A stretch of 64,000 bases of DNA, from contig CM061253.1 in assembly GCA_022605425.2 (NCBI GenBank), positions 372,001-436,000 of the forward strand. Reading direction: 5' to 3'. This DNA is from Hamiltosporidium tvaerminnensis FI-OER-3-3. Lineage: Eukaryota > Fungi > Microsporidia. A program made the translations under genes and the position numbers. Shown here one piece after another: positions 49,301 through 61,356 of this stretch. Every line of letters begins with the position of its first letter. Position 1 is the first letter of the stretch. Under the pieces are notes generated by a model. The model saw only the letters and a program-made list of their open reading frames with translations. It did not search any database and was not told the origin of the DNA.

Positions 49301-50219
49301 TTTTTTTATTATTTATTTTAATATAACCTGTATAAGGTGTTATTGCATTGTAAATTAAAGGGGTTTTATAAGTAAGTAAAGGTAGTGTTAATATATTGTA
49401 AGAAGATAAAGGGTAGATGTTCTTTAGATAGGTTATAACTCTAAGGATGTTATAGTGAGGGGGGTATTGAGTAGTATTGTTATTAGGGGGGTATTGAGTA
49501 GGATTGTTATTAAGAGGATATTGAGTAGTATTGTTATTAAGAGGGTATTGAATAGTATTGTTATTAAGAGGGTGTTGTTCAATAGATAGCTTAGTAACAC
49601 CCTGTTGTCCATTAGTACTGTTGCTAACACCCTCTAATTCATTAGATAGTTCACTAACACCCTGTTGTCGATTAGTAGTGTTGCTAACACCCTCTAATTC
49701 ATTAGATAATTCACTAACACCCTGTTGTCGATTAGTAGTGTTGCTAACACCCTCTAATTTACTACTCTCCCCTCTATCTCTATCACCCTTTATACTGCAT
49801 ATACATGTTGTGTTATTACAGTTATTATAAATACATTCTAAACTGTTAAGATAAAAGGTATTAACACCTAACTGATAAGAATTTAAATATTTAACACCAA
49901 CAACATTAATATCAAACAAATCAAGTATATAAATAACACCTGTATACGATATATACTGTTTAATTCTATAAAATCTTTTTAAATTAATATTTTGTATTTT
50001 TCTTAATTCTGATTGCAATATAATTATATTTTTAGATATTTTTAATAATTTATTTATATCTACGTAGAGAAGAAGTGTAGATGTAGGTAGTATGTAGGGT
50101 ACTGTATCATGTGTATGGTCTATATGTGGTGGGTCTATGTAACGGGTGTGGTTAAATAATATTGTTTTTTTTAGCTTTTTACGATTTGATATTTTTCTAG
50201 TGTAGGTGTGTGTTATCAT
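46371..50219 (-). CDS. DIS3: Exosome catalytic subunit Dis3/Rrp44 (RNB exoribonuclease) with multiple low-complexity insertions
   Basis: [58 protein letters not shown], S1-like tail. CCC before ATG. Confidence 0.9.
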   Translation of the reverse strand: [1282 protein letters not shown]

Positions 50220-50412
50220 AAGGGATATATTTATAGTGATAATATAGGGAGAGGTGTTATAATATGGTGGGGATATTATAGGGATAGAAGGGTGTTATTT
50301 AGCTAGGTATGTTTTTAGGGGTAGAAGGGTGTTATTTACTAATATTTATTAAAACTGGTATTTACTATCACATTCTTTCACATGAATAACCAAAAAATAA
50401 AACTGTTATATA

Positions 50413-50495
50413 GATACAAAGAAATACAGAAATACAAAGAAATACAGAAATACAAAGAAATACAGAAATACAAAGAAATACAAAGAAATACATAA
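50413..50495. repeat. 18-bp tandem repeat (gaaatacagaaatacaaa)
   Basis: About 4 copies directly visible. Confidence 0.85.
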
Positions 50496-50528
50496 ACCAT
50501 CATAGAAGGAACATCTTTATTTCTCTTT

Positions 50529-50813
50529 CTATCCACCATGCATCCTGGATATAAAATATATACTATCTGTATGACACAAAGAAGCATGTTTACCGCCAAG
50601 AACTTCCCATTCACTTTCATTAATAACACACAAATTTCCGTTTTTTAGATCTTCACCGGTAAATAATTCGTTACTTTTTGGAAAATGTTGTGTTAGATAA
50701 GATATAAGATTTGACATTGTTTTTATGTTGTGTTCTTCCACTGTTGAAGATGTAAGTGTCAAGTTTGAAGTGTCGAAGTGCACATTTAAACCGCCTTGGA
50801 AGAATATTTGCAT
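50529..50813 (-). CDS. URM1: Ubiquitin-related modifier Urm1
   Basis: 94 aa; FQGGL, NGNLCVINESEWEVLG, IYFISRMHGG C-terminus. CCC upstream of ATG. Confidence 0.93.
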   Translation of the reverse strand: MQIFFQGGLNVHFDTSNLTLTSSTVEEHNIKTMSNLISYLTQHFPKSNELFTGEDLKNGNLCVINESEWEVLGGKHASLCHTDSIYFISRMHGG

Positions 50814-51339
50814 TGTAAAGGGTAAAAAATAAAAGATGTAAAGAATTGATAAGTAATGTATAAAGATGTGTGATAATATATATGAAGTAATGGTGGGAGT
50901 AGGATTAGGATTAGGAATAGGTGTGTAATTTGATGAAGTAGTATGATTAGAACTAGAATCGTTATAAGTATATAGTAGAAATATAGATTTAATTTATTTG
51001 TTTGATAGATTAAAAATATATTGATGGATTTATTTGGTAGATTTATTTGGTAAATTTATTTATTTAATATAGAAATTAAAATTTGTGCTTTTTAAATACT
51101 TTGTTATTGATTCTAACGAGTTTATTTTATTTGTAAATTTAGTAAAATTATAGACTGGAAATCTAGGAAATATGGCTTTTTTAATTATGAGATTCTATAT
51201 TATTATAATCATGGATTCTAATATTTTTGTAGGTGTAAAGGTGCTTTTGGTTTTTACGAAACTATTTGATATAATTTATCTATGATTTAAATTATTTTTA
51301 AGTTTTTAAAATTTATTTTACATATTTTGAAATACTATC

Positions 51340-53005
51340 GATTGGGTTAGAGATTAACAAAGAGAAGTCAGCCACAAATGGTAAATGTTGTGAAAATACT
51401 ACTACTCTTCTAGGTGGTGTTAATGTTTGCAAATATTTAGGAATAATAGAAGATAGAGAGGAATTCCAACACGTAAGTCGTTTGAGGAAGTACAAACCAA
51501 ACTGATAGCGAGGGTAGAGAGACTTTGTCACACTAGATTAAACGCAAAAAATTTATTTTCTGCAATCAATCAACATGCGATATCCTAAATCAACTATCAC
51601 ATAGGAGTACTTCAACTCGAACCGACTGACTTCTCTAAGTTAGATGATGCAGTGCGTGCGGTGTTGGTAAAGAATACAATACATTTCCGCCCAGGATGTA
51701 AAGAGCGTTTGTATCTTCTTAGAACAGAACTTGGAAGAGGCCTACATAGTGTTGAGTTGCGAAGCGAACATATGCTTCTGCAAGTCTTGGATCGTCTGGA
51801 AAAAAGTAAAGAAATATCAACTAGACGAGCAGGAATCCTTAAGGTGGAGAATAATAAAAAAACCCATCTTGCACTAATAAAAGGCTTCTTAAAAGCAAAG
51901 TACAGGTTGGTAGAAGAAGTCACTAAGAAAAATTTAGAAGAGGTTCAATTGCAAAACTATATAACGAAATAGAAAAACGAAAACTTCATTCAAAGTTATA
52001 TAATGCAAAAAAAAAGCTTGTGATGCTAGTGAATCTTCAAGATGGTTAAAGAGAGGGAATATGAGGCCGCGCAATAAAGCTGTATTCTGCTATATCTAGG
52101 ATAGAAATGTATTCTGGGGAGCAGATGGTGTGTGTCAACATTGCGGGAAGTCTGGTAAGACTGTAGATCATCTAGCAACTCGATGTGAAAAAATGCTAGG
52201 TCATGACTACACCAGACGGCATAATGAGGTGGTTAGATTCCTACACTTACTTCTCTTAAATAGATATAAGTTTAAGTCTTCAAAACGAATTAGGAGTCAC
52301 TCAGTTCAAGAAATTCTTGATAATGAGTATGCAGAGATAAGAGTGGACACCAGAATTAAAACTGATGTTAAAATTCGGAATAACAGACCGGACATATTTA
52401 TCCTAGATAAGAAGAAGAATAAGATAACACTCATTGAAGTAGGAATCACTTCCAAAGATTCACTTCAAATAGTTGAAACTGAAAAACTTAGGAAACAAGA
52501 ACTGTTCGTCAATTTGTTAGGTTTTATGTATAATTTAGTATTGAGATAATCCCTTATTTGCTGATCTGGGACGGTATTATGACAAAATACCATAAATCTC
52601 ATCTTAAAAGACTAGAAATACCATGAATGTAGAGGCATACATTCAGTCTATAGTACTTAAGAAAAAAGTCAAACAATTTCCTTTGTTCGACGAAGAGGAC
52701 TTGAGTCAGGACTAAATGCCGAAGAGAGCTGGGAGAGAGCGTCAATGGGTGTTATTATGAGAGCAGAGATGCATGAGGAACCAATACCCTCTTTAAAAGA
52801 AGAGAAGAGAGAGGAAGATGATGCAAAAAATTTTAAACCAAAAAATAAAGCACCCTTTATTTCACAAGGAGGAACCACTTTAGAGGAACCGACCAATAAC
52901 ATAAATAAAGATTCGGATTTAAAAGAAGAGACAAAAGTGGTTAAAGAGGTAGAAGAAAACATATAAAAATGATAAAAATATTTTAACCCTGAATTTTATT
53001 TAATA
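51340..53005 (+). mobile_element. 5'-truncated R4/Dong-like retrotransposon copy (RT thumb to 3' end)
   Basis: Homologous to 40950-42630; intact CQHC..H..C and NNRPDIFIL; several frameshifts. Confidence 0.93.
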
Positions 53006-53660
53006 AAATTTTACAAATATAGAAAAAAGAATAAAAATATTGAATATCTTTTCCATGGTATTGTCATTTTTATTATATTAACAAATGCATTTTTGCTACA
53101 AATAATTATACAGGCTGTGTTAAATAAAAATTTCACGTTTATATTGCATTAAAAACTATATACTTTGATATTTCTTAAAAATTGTTCTATGATTTATTGA
53201 TGTTTTCAAAGTTCTTTTTTATAAAAAAATATTTTATTCATTTTTTAAAATTGAAAATTAGTATTATAACGATTTTTTTCTTTTTAGATTTGATTTCTTC
53301 AAATTAAATGCATATTAAAGGTATCTCATAAAAAGTACTAGTATCTATTAAATACTTTCTGGCTATATTTTTTATATCGTTTTTCACCAACTAAGTTCTG
53401 CATTACTATTATTTTTTAATATTTTCATTTTGCGCTTTAATGTTTCCAAATTAGCCAATATTAAGTTATTTGATTATGTTTTACGGTTCAGCTAATTATT
53501 AATAAATCCTTATGTCTTTTTTCTCAAATGCTTATAAAAATGTTTTTAAATTGTTCTATAGTTATTTACTGTTGTTTGGTAGCGAGGATATTCCGCTCTA
53601 ACAAGCTATTTATGTCAAAATTTAAAGTATATTTCCTTCTATTGCTATATCTGAGGAAAT

Positions 53661-54364
53661 TTTATTCAAACAATATCACATCTTTACATTGGCAACCGTA
53701 ATTTTTTTTATAACATTAAGAAAATTCTAGGTTTAATGTATACCATGCTTGTTTTCTCCAATACTCTATCGGGATCTCTTACGATACTTTAACTCCTAAG
53801 ATTTCGCCTACAAAGTTTAGGGCGTATTTTGTGAGCGCGCTGGTTGCCAGAAGTTCGTTTATTATATTTGTTGCCAGTGTGTGATCGCAGATCTAAACCA
53901 CTCTAGACTCTTAAGACTTTGCATTATTTCTAATTAATCTAGAATTTCTAAACTCAATAGACTTCTAGATATAAATATCGGGCCTACTCATGAGTCTACT
54001 TAGAAATGCATGCCATACCAAGATCTTTAAGCTGCCTTTTGGTTTCCTGGTTTTTAAAGTTAATATTTCTGTATTTCTAGAGCGATTAGTCTTATAACTT
54101 GAGTATGCCAGTCTAGTTTTCCCCTATTAAAATTCTAAATACATATAAGTTCGGCAACAGGCAGCGGTCTAGTTTTATAAAAAAAACATTAAAGCTGAAT
54201 TATAGCAAACGGTTCAGCAAGTTTTTTCTCTTTTTTAACAACCCATGAATAAACCAAAAATCAAACGTGTTTTTATTCTCACCTAAAATTCTAAACTTAT
54301 ATCTACATGCATTTAACATGCTCTTATGAAAGCAGAAAAATTTTATTGTAGTTAATCTCTTCCA
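53661..54364 (-). repeat. ~720-bp element, copy D (full length, old)
   Basis: The reverse complement starts tggaagagattaactac..ttttctgctt, contains aagact, tctagaagtctattgagtttagaaa, cgatcacac and taaacctagaa, and ends aaagatgtgatattgtttgaataaa. Confidence 0.8.
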
Positions 54365-54419
54365 AAAAAATAAAAACGAAATATCTTATTCGATAATTAT
54401 GTAATATAAACATAATTTG

Positions 54420-55260
54420 ATAAGTAGATTATTTAGCGACTCGATGTGAGAAAATCCTATGTTTTGTCTATCCAGGTGGCATAATGAAATGGTAAGATGT
54501 CAGCATTATATTATTGTAAATAGCATTAAGTGCATTTCTACAAAACGAATATGGAGTCACACAGTTTAAGGAACTCTTGATAAAGAATTTGGAGAATTTA
54601 GAGTCGAGAGCGGCATTGAACACAAATCGAACTTCGAAATAATCTTCTCGATATTTCGTTCTGGACAAGATTCACAATACAATAACCTTCATTGAAGTAG
54701 GAACCACGACCTAAGATTCATTTAATGTAGTTGAATAAAAAAACTTAGAAAGTATGGTCGATTATTCAATGAGTCGGGTCTTACTTATAAGATTGGTGTC
54801 GAGATAAACCCTTAAAGAATAACACTGAAATGTATTTTGACAAAGTACCACACAATATACCTTAAAATAATTCAAATAAACAGGAATATAGAGGCATACA
54901 TTCAGTCGATAGTATCCAATATGACAGTAAAACTATTTCCTTTGATCGGCCAAAAAGACTTTAGTCTGGACCAAATGCTGAGAGAGTTAAAAGAAAATTT
55001 CAGTAAGTGTTATTATCAATGTAGAGATTCAAAACAACCAACTCTTCTTTAAAGCAATTAAAACGAAGAAAATAGTGTTAAAAAATTAAAGGCGAAAAAT
55101 ATTTTCTTCTGTAATATTTTAGATGGCATAACTACTCAAGGGACCCGCCAATAGATAAATGAAGTGTTTTATGCGGTGGAGGTGGTTACATTGTTTAAAT
55201 GGTGGAATAAATTTTTTAAAAGATAAAAAATTTGATAACCCAGAGCTTAATTAAAAAATG
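54420..55260 (+). mobile_element. Old decayed 3' fragment of the R4/Dong-like retrotransposon
   Basis: gtagattatttagcgactcgatgtgag, ttcattgaagtaggaaccac, MTKYH..IEAYIQSIV, and a 3' aacccagag tail. Confidence 0.85.
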
Positions 55261-55299
55261 AAATATTTATAATTCATGTCAGGGTCAAGGTTTGATTTC

Positions 55300-56450
55300 A
55301 AGTAAAAGTGCAATTGACATCTAAGTTATCTAAAAGCGTTCATAAGCTTATAGATAGTCTGAAGGTAAAAATTATTTTATTTATTGTTTCAAATAAAAAA
55401 CCACTTAAACAAAATGACATTAATCTTGGCCAAAATAGAAAAAGAAACTAACAAAAACAAGGCTTTATATAGAAATCTAAAAGAAAACTCGTACTTTTAA
55501 TATAGTTTGAAATAAGATGTGCGTTGATACGAAGAGATTCTTTTATATGTCTTAAATATAAACATAAAAAGACAATTAGAATCTTATAAATGGCATAAAA
55601 AAAACTATGTATAAAAAAAGAGAAAACCCTTGAACCATCCTGATGGCATAAGTCGAAACGCGAGAAACACAGGCGATTTCGAAAATAAATCGGTAGAGTA
55701 CGAATGAAAAAATGTGTTTCTGATATTAATCAATAAAATATATTTCATTAGTCAAGCAACTAAAACTCATTACTTTTAAGTAGATAAATGACTATTAAAA
55801 AACCATATAATCTAATAAATATCTAGGTATTCTTCTGAAGAATTTTAACGAAAATAGTAGAGAAATAGAAAAGATTATATACAGGATATAAGGCATACAT
55901 ATACTTCCTAGGCAATTGGAAATCGATCATCATAATTCTATAATCGGAACTATGAAACATATGAAATCCTTCTTAGATATAGAAATGCTTGTGAGACCTA
56001 GCAATTTGCCAAATTAATGATGCGATGATAGTAATTTGGTGATGTCAGTTTAAAGAAAATATACTACACAGTAAAAAATGTGAAAGATACTGAGAATATG
56101 CGGCAATATCGTTTTCAAAAGTTGCTATTAGAATTCAAATTTGTAAATAAAGTCACAAGAACCAGGACCAAGCGTAGTAATGTTGGGGAAAAAGAGAAAT
56201 TTAAATATTCAAATACTGTGCGTGTAAATTCGAAGGTTGAAGATGATATTTCATATGAAAAGTAGATTGCTGAATGAAATGAAAAAGTAGAATCGGTATA
56301 GATGAATATTAAAAGGTTTCTTGATAGCAAAAGGTAATAGTTTACATAAAACCAGGTTCTAGTTTTTAAGTCGCCTCGAAGTCATAGAGTAAGTTGCTAT
56401 TTCAGTAACACCGTAACTTTCAAAAATTATTAAATTAAGAATAAATTATA
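55300..56450 (+). mobile_element. Probable decayed Ty3/gypsy RNase H-integrase relic
   Basis: YKKREN...PDGISR at ~55610-55655 (cf. the RNase H end YxxG..ADxLSR) and RSHRVS at ~56377 (cf. the integrase H/P-xSNG region). Confidence 0.3.
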
Positions 56451-59400
56451 CTTTTTGATAATATAAAAGAGAAAAGGGATATATTTTAATTAGATCTGAT
56501 GAAATGGTTCAAATTCTGGGGTTTCGGAGCTGGTTTTTTTTAGCCAATTTTTCTATATCAGATATAATGTTCGGAACACCTATTTCTATTTTTTTTTGTT
56601 TAACAGCGAACCCATGTGGCTATTCTCCAAGCCATTGTTATTACAATAAAATTTAAACATATTTTCTCTTCCGTTTAGGTATACCATCAAATTTAAGAAG
56701 AGAATATACGTCCATTGAAACAGCAAAACCTATAAAATACAACCAGGTAAGAATATAATACATATCTACTAAAATTTAAAATATATATATACTTTTAAAT
56801 TTAATTAAATTAAAAAATATTTTTTGATGATTCAAATTTTTTTTGCAACATTAAACATAATTAAGTCTTTATTTTTAGTCAATAAATGATTTAGAACGAA
56901 TTGAAAAATATGCTCCATGTAATCTTTAATATATAAATCTTAAATTAAAATTTATTTTTATATTCCCTTCAAAAACCAATTTTGGGATTTATATTTTTGC
57001 AAATGAACTATAACGTAGTTTGGTATAATTATACCAATTAAAACCATATAAATTTTTATTGTGGCATAATAAATGTAAATGTAGAACCGAAATTTTTTAG
57101 TAAAAAATAGAATAATTGGGCTGATTTCCAATAAATCCTTAAATTCTTCTAAAGTTTTTACATACTGCTCTCAACTATAATAAATTGATTACTTAATATT
57201 TTATTTAGGGATTATTTTCTATAATTTATAGTTAATTAAAAATATATTAATTTTGTTTTACTCAAATTAAATAAGTTAATTTGAACGAATGGATAGTCGA
57301 AAGACATAAATTAAAAAATTCCGATACTAACTTAAAAGAGAATATACAAATTTAAGTTTGCTGTATTTTTTTAAAAATTAAGTAATTTAAGATATACAAG
57401 AAATAATTTAATTGTAATTTTTCGATAACATAGCAAGATAAAATATTTTTAATTATAAATTGTTTATATTAAGATTTTAATGAAAAAAACTATTTTTGCT
57501 ATAAAAAAATCTTACATTGTTACATAAGTGAAAATTTGATTAAGATCAGCGTAATAATTTAAATAATATTTAAGTTAATATTACACCGGTAAAATTTAGA
57601 TTGGTTATCCAAAAATATAGGACAAAAACTCATTAAGACGGGTATGCTTTTGAATTTTAGACCAATCCAAAATCAAGATTTATCTGTGCTATTGCTGTTA
57701 AACCTTTGTCTCTACTTAAATACTTGGTGGCATAATTCATACCAGCAGAACAGCATGATTTCTATAGTATATTTGCTTTCCCAAAATAACCCAAATAGTA
57801 ATGGTTCTGAATTTTCAAAAAAATATATATCTCTTCAAACTAGCTTTTATAAAAAAACGAAATTTCCCAAGAGAAATATTAGAAAATTATAGACAGTATC
57901 TTTGAATTCTACATAATCGGAAAACGTACAGTAAAAGAAAAATATAAGACCAATGGAATAAAACAAGTCAAAAAAAAAGTTAGCAAGTTTTAATTTCAAC
58001 ATAAACTTGATATTTATGATTTAAAAGAAATAATCCATGTTAATTAAGAATATTTAAAGAAAATGCTATAAGTAGTATTTGTAAGAATCACATATTTATA
58101 AGCAGGTTAAAAATTTAGGGGTATATAAGGTAAATAGCCCTGAAAAGAAAATAGTCTATATCTAAAAATCTATGAAACATCTATTATACATAAAGTGAGA
58201 TTACGTTTAGAAATACTTGAATGGTAAGAACTGCACTTTCTTGAAAGGAAATATTGGTTAGTAAATTTCAATGCTGGAAACGTGAGAATGGTTTCGAAAA
58301 GTGTGTATGAAAAACAAAATTCATGACCTAAAGTAAAAAAACATACAAATTATAACTGCAAAGCAGGATTCTAACTAAATGATTGGTACGTATAACATTA
58401 AATCTAAATTTTAAAGTAACAGTCTAACACCCTGCTATACAAATATATACAAAAAAGATTACGAAAGCTCTTTTTTATTTCAAATTTGTAAATTTTTTTT
58501 AATAATAAAAATTAGTACGTTAACTTGAGGGTATATTTGTAACTTTTTGAAAAAGGTTTAGAAAATCTATACGCAAGATGATATTGAGAACTTTTTTCCA
58601 AAAGTAAAAGTACATTTTTTATGTTGAATTGGCATTTCGTTGTACAATAATTGAGATCTGTAGTGCAAAGTCTTCAAAACCTAAACAACGAATGAATTTC
58701 TATCATAAGCCTGTCTTTTATATCACCTCTTTCTAATTCTTTTATTGCAACACGATTTACACTTGAACATGAGTTTGCCAAGTTTTAACATTCTAAAACA
58801 TTTTTTTGCTAGTTTGGTTGTTAGCCAAACGCAAGACTTCCATGTTTGAAAGATAACTATCATGTCAGTAAGTAATTTATTCACCATAAAAAAGTTAATT
58901 GCGATATACTCATTACTTGCCCATTTCCTATTAAGCCTTGTACATATTTAGACATGATTCTGATCTTTTATAGAGACTCATTATAAAATTCTTTATAAAT
59001 AATATATTTTATTGTAAGGTAATTATTCCCAAAAAATATAGCGTTTAGTTTTTGACTTATATCATTTTCTTTTGGCTAGAATTTATATTAATAAGTATAA
59101 TTTCAAAAAAATAGCAAATTCCAAACAAAGATACATCGATATTTTTTAAATAATAGTTGGAGTTCTTGAAACATGTGTTCAGTATTCAAGATGATGTTTT
59201 TTTTTTCAAAGAGATGTTCCACGGTTCAAATTAATGATTGTGAAAGTAGAACCAACCCTCAGTTTCGCGTCATCGATTTGGTATATTTTAACGCTAATAT
59301 TTTACATATATATCTCTGATTATTTATGTTGCAAAATCTCTTTATAGTAAAAAAAATGTATAAGAGACCAAACCATTGAAATAAAATATCGAGTAAATAA

Positions 59401-60624
59401 GCCATATCCAATGTTTCCGATTTTTCCCAAATTTTTTGTTTATTGAAACTGTTAAAGCTATAACTATAATATTAATAGTACAGAATGAACTTATTCTGTT
59501 GATTATTTTTATTTAGTTTTTTGTTTTTTTAGCTTTTCACAAAATTTATTTATATGGGCTTAATTCTAATTCAATAGAATAATAGCAACCACTAATAGAT
59601 ATAGAAAACAAGAGGATGAACTTCTTCGTTTGCTTATACATATTTATAGGATAATTATCACGCTTACGGTTTTGAAATAAAACAAAATATAATAATTCGA
59701 AAAAATAACGATAATAACGAGAATCGAAACATATTTGACAAATTACAAATAAATCCAATATTGGATTAATCTTTAATGCTAGCAATAAAGATGAATTTCG
59801 TATTTTAATCATTTGAATTTAAAATGATATACCACAGCATTTCACTAAATCAATAAAGCGGAATAAATTTTATGGACAAGTAAATTTGACCTTCATTGTA
59901 ACACATGTATAAAAGCTTGAATTTACTTAGTTACTAGGCAAATATATGTTTGAGCTTATATTAAACTTAATATACTAATTCAGAACAATATATTACACCC
60001 ATATCGATTCAAATATTTGGTTTTATACCGATTTGTGTTTATTAAAAATGCAATTTTGTATAAAAAGTGTCAAAATATCTATCGTAGAGAACGCTAGCAT
60101 TCTTCATAAAATGTTCTTAAAACAAACACATCTAAAATAAAATTTCTATGAAAGCCAGAAACTTAATTTTAGTCTGTTTTGTAGGTTTTTAAACAAGAAT
60201 TTTTACGTAAAACAAACAAATTTTTATAGAAATATCGAAAACCATTATTTCATGCAAACACTAAGCCCATTATGAATTTTAAAATTATATGTAAAGAAAT
60301 GTATTAGATTGATATAATCGACGAGTCTTTATGACTATAATATCTATTAAAATCAAACAATTGTAGTGCCTCCTCTATATCTTACAATAAATCCATAGAA
60401 GCCGTTTAGAGAATTAAATTCGAACATTATGCTTAATAATTTTTGATAAGGAAACCTATAAAAAGTATCAGATATATAAAAATTATTTTTTTTATAGTGA
60501 TATACCCAGAATTTTTGATTCCTAGGAATAAATTAAGCTCGATAGGATAAAAAAAACAATATCCTGGATTTCTTCTGATTTATAAAAATGATAATACCAG
60601 ATTCTTGACAAGATTTTAAATGAA

Positions 60625-60885
60625 AGTCATGTTTGTATTCATTCATTCATCTTTGGCACTAAAGTCTTCATAAGCCTAGGCCTCCGTCATTAATACCGCC
60701 CGTGTTATCTCTCCAGTAGGTTTGTTTACATTTTTAAGTATCGTAACTGGGTGGGTTTAAATTGTGAGTTATTGTTAGCCCTAGGCCATAGTCCAACCTG
60801 AGGGACCAGTCCTTTTTAATTGCCTCTTTCAAAGCAGAGAATACACCAAGCCAATTCTGCCCCCGGCATGCTGGGGAACATGATT
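60625..60885 (+). ncRNA. Candidate ~260-nt structured non-coding RNA, family unidentified
   Basis: Locally GC-rich, with a consistent nested set of helices whose G-U pairs work only on the + strand (details in findings). Confidence 0.45.
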
Positions 60886-61356
60886 ATATAGATGTTTTAG
60901 ATGGTTCACTGTACATATCTCAGAAATATATATTTCAAAATAATCTTAAGTGCATGTCCAGCTCCGAAGAAAATGTGTAAATAATATTAAATTGATTTTA
61001 GTTTTTATAAATTTGAATTTAACAACTATCATAATTTTTATTTATATATTTTTTCTTGTATAAAATCTAACTAGAATCTTAGATGCTGATCTGATTCAGT
61101 TATTTGTTGCATTTTATTAAAAATTGCACAATTTTAAACCAAACATATGCAAATATATATTTAAATGTTAATATAAATTTCTTGATGTCTTTATAATTCC
61201 ATACTATTTTCCTTCTTAATACTTAAAGGATTCTTGATTAATATAAAGAATATTTACTCAAATAGACTTGCATTTTCAATTAAATATGTTTTGTTATTTA
61301 TTTTATTTTTTTTAACAATTCTTTTAATTAAATAATATATATTTTAAAGTGGTTAC

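Noticed and set aside
55636-55705. Hammerhead-like CTGATG...CGAAAC
   Set aside because: The core lacks CUGAnGA, stems I and III do not close, and the same bases read PDGISR, better explained as a gypsy RNase H relic.
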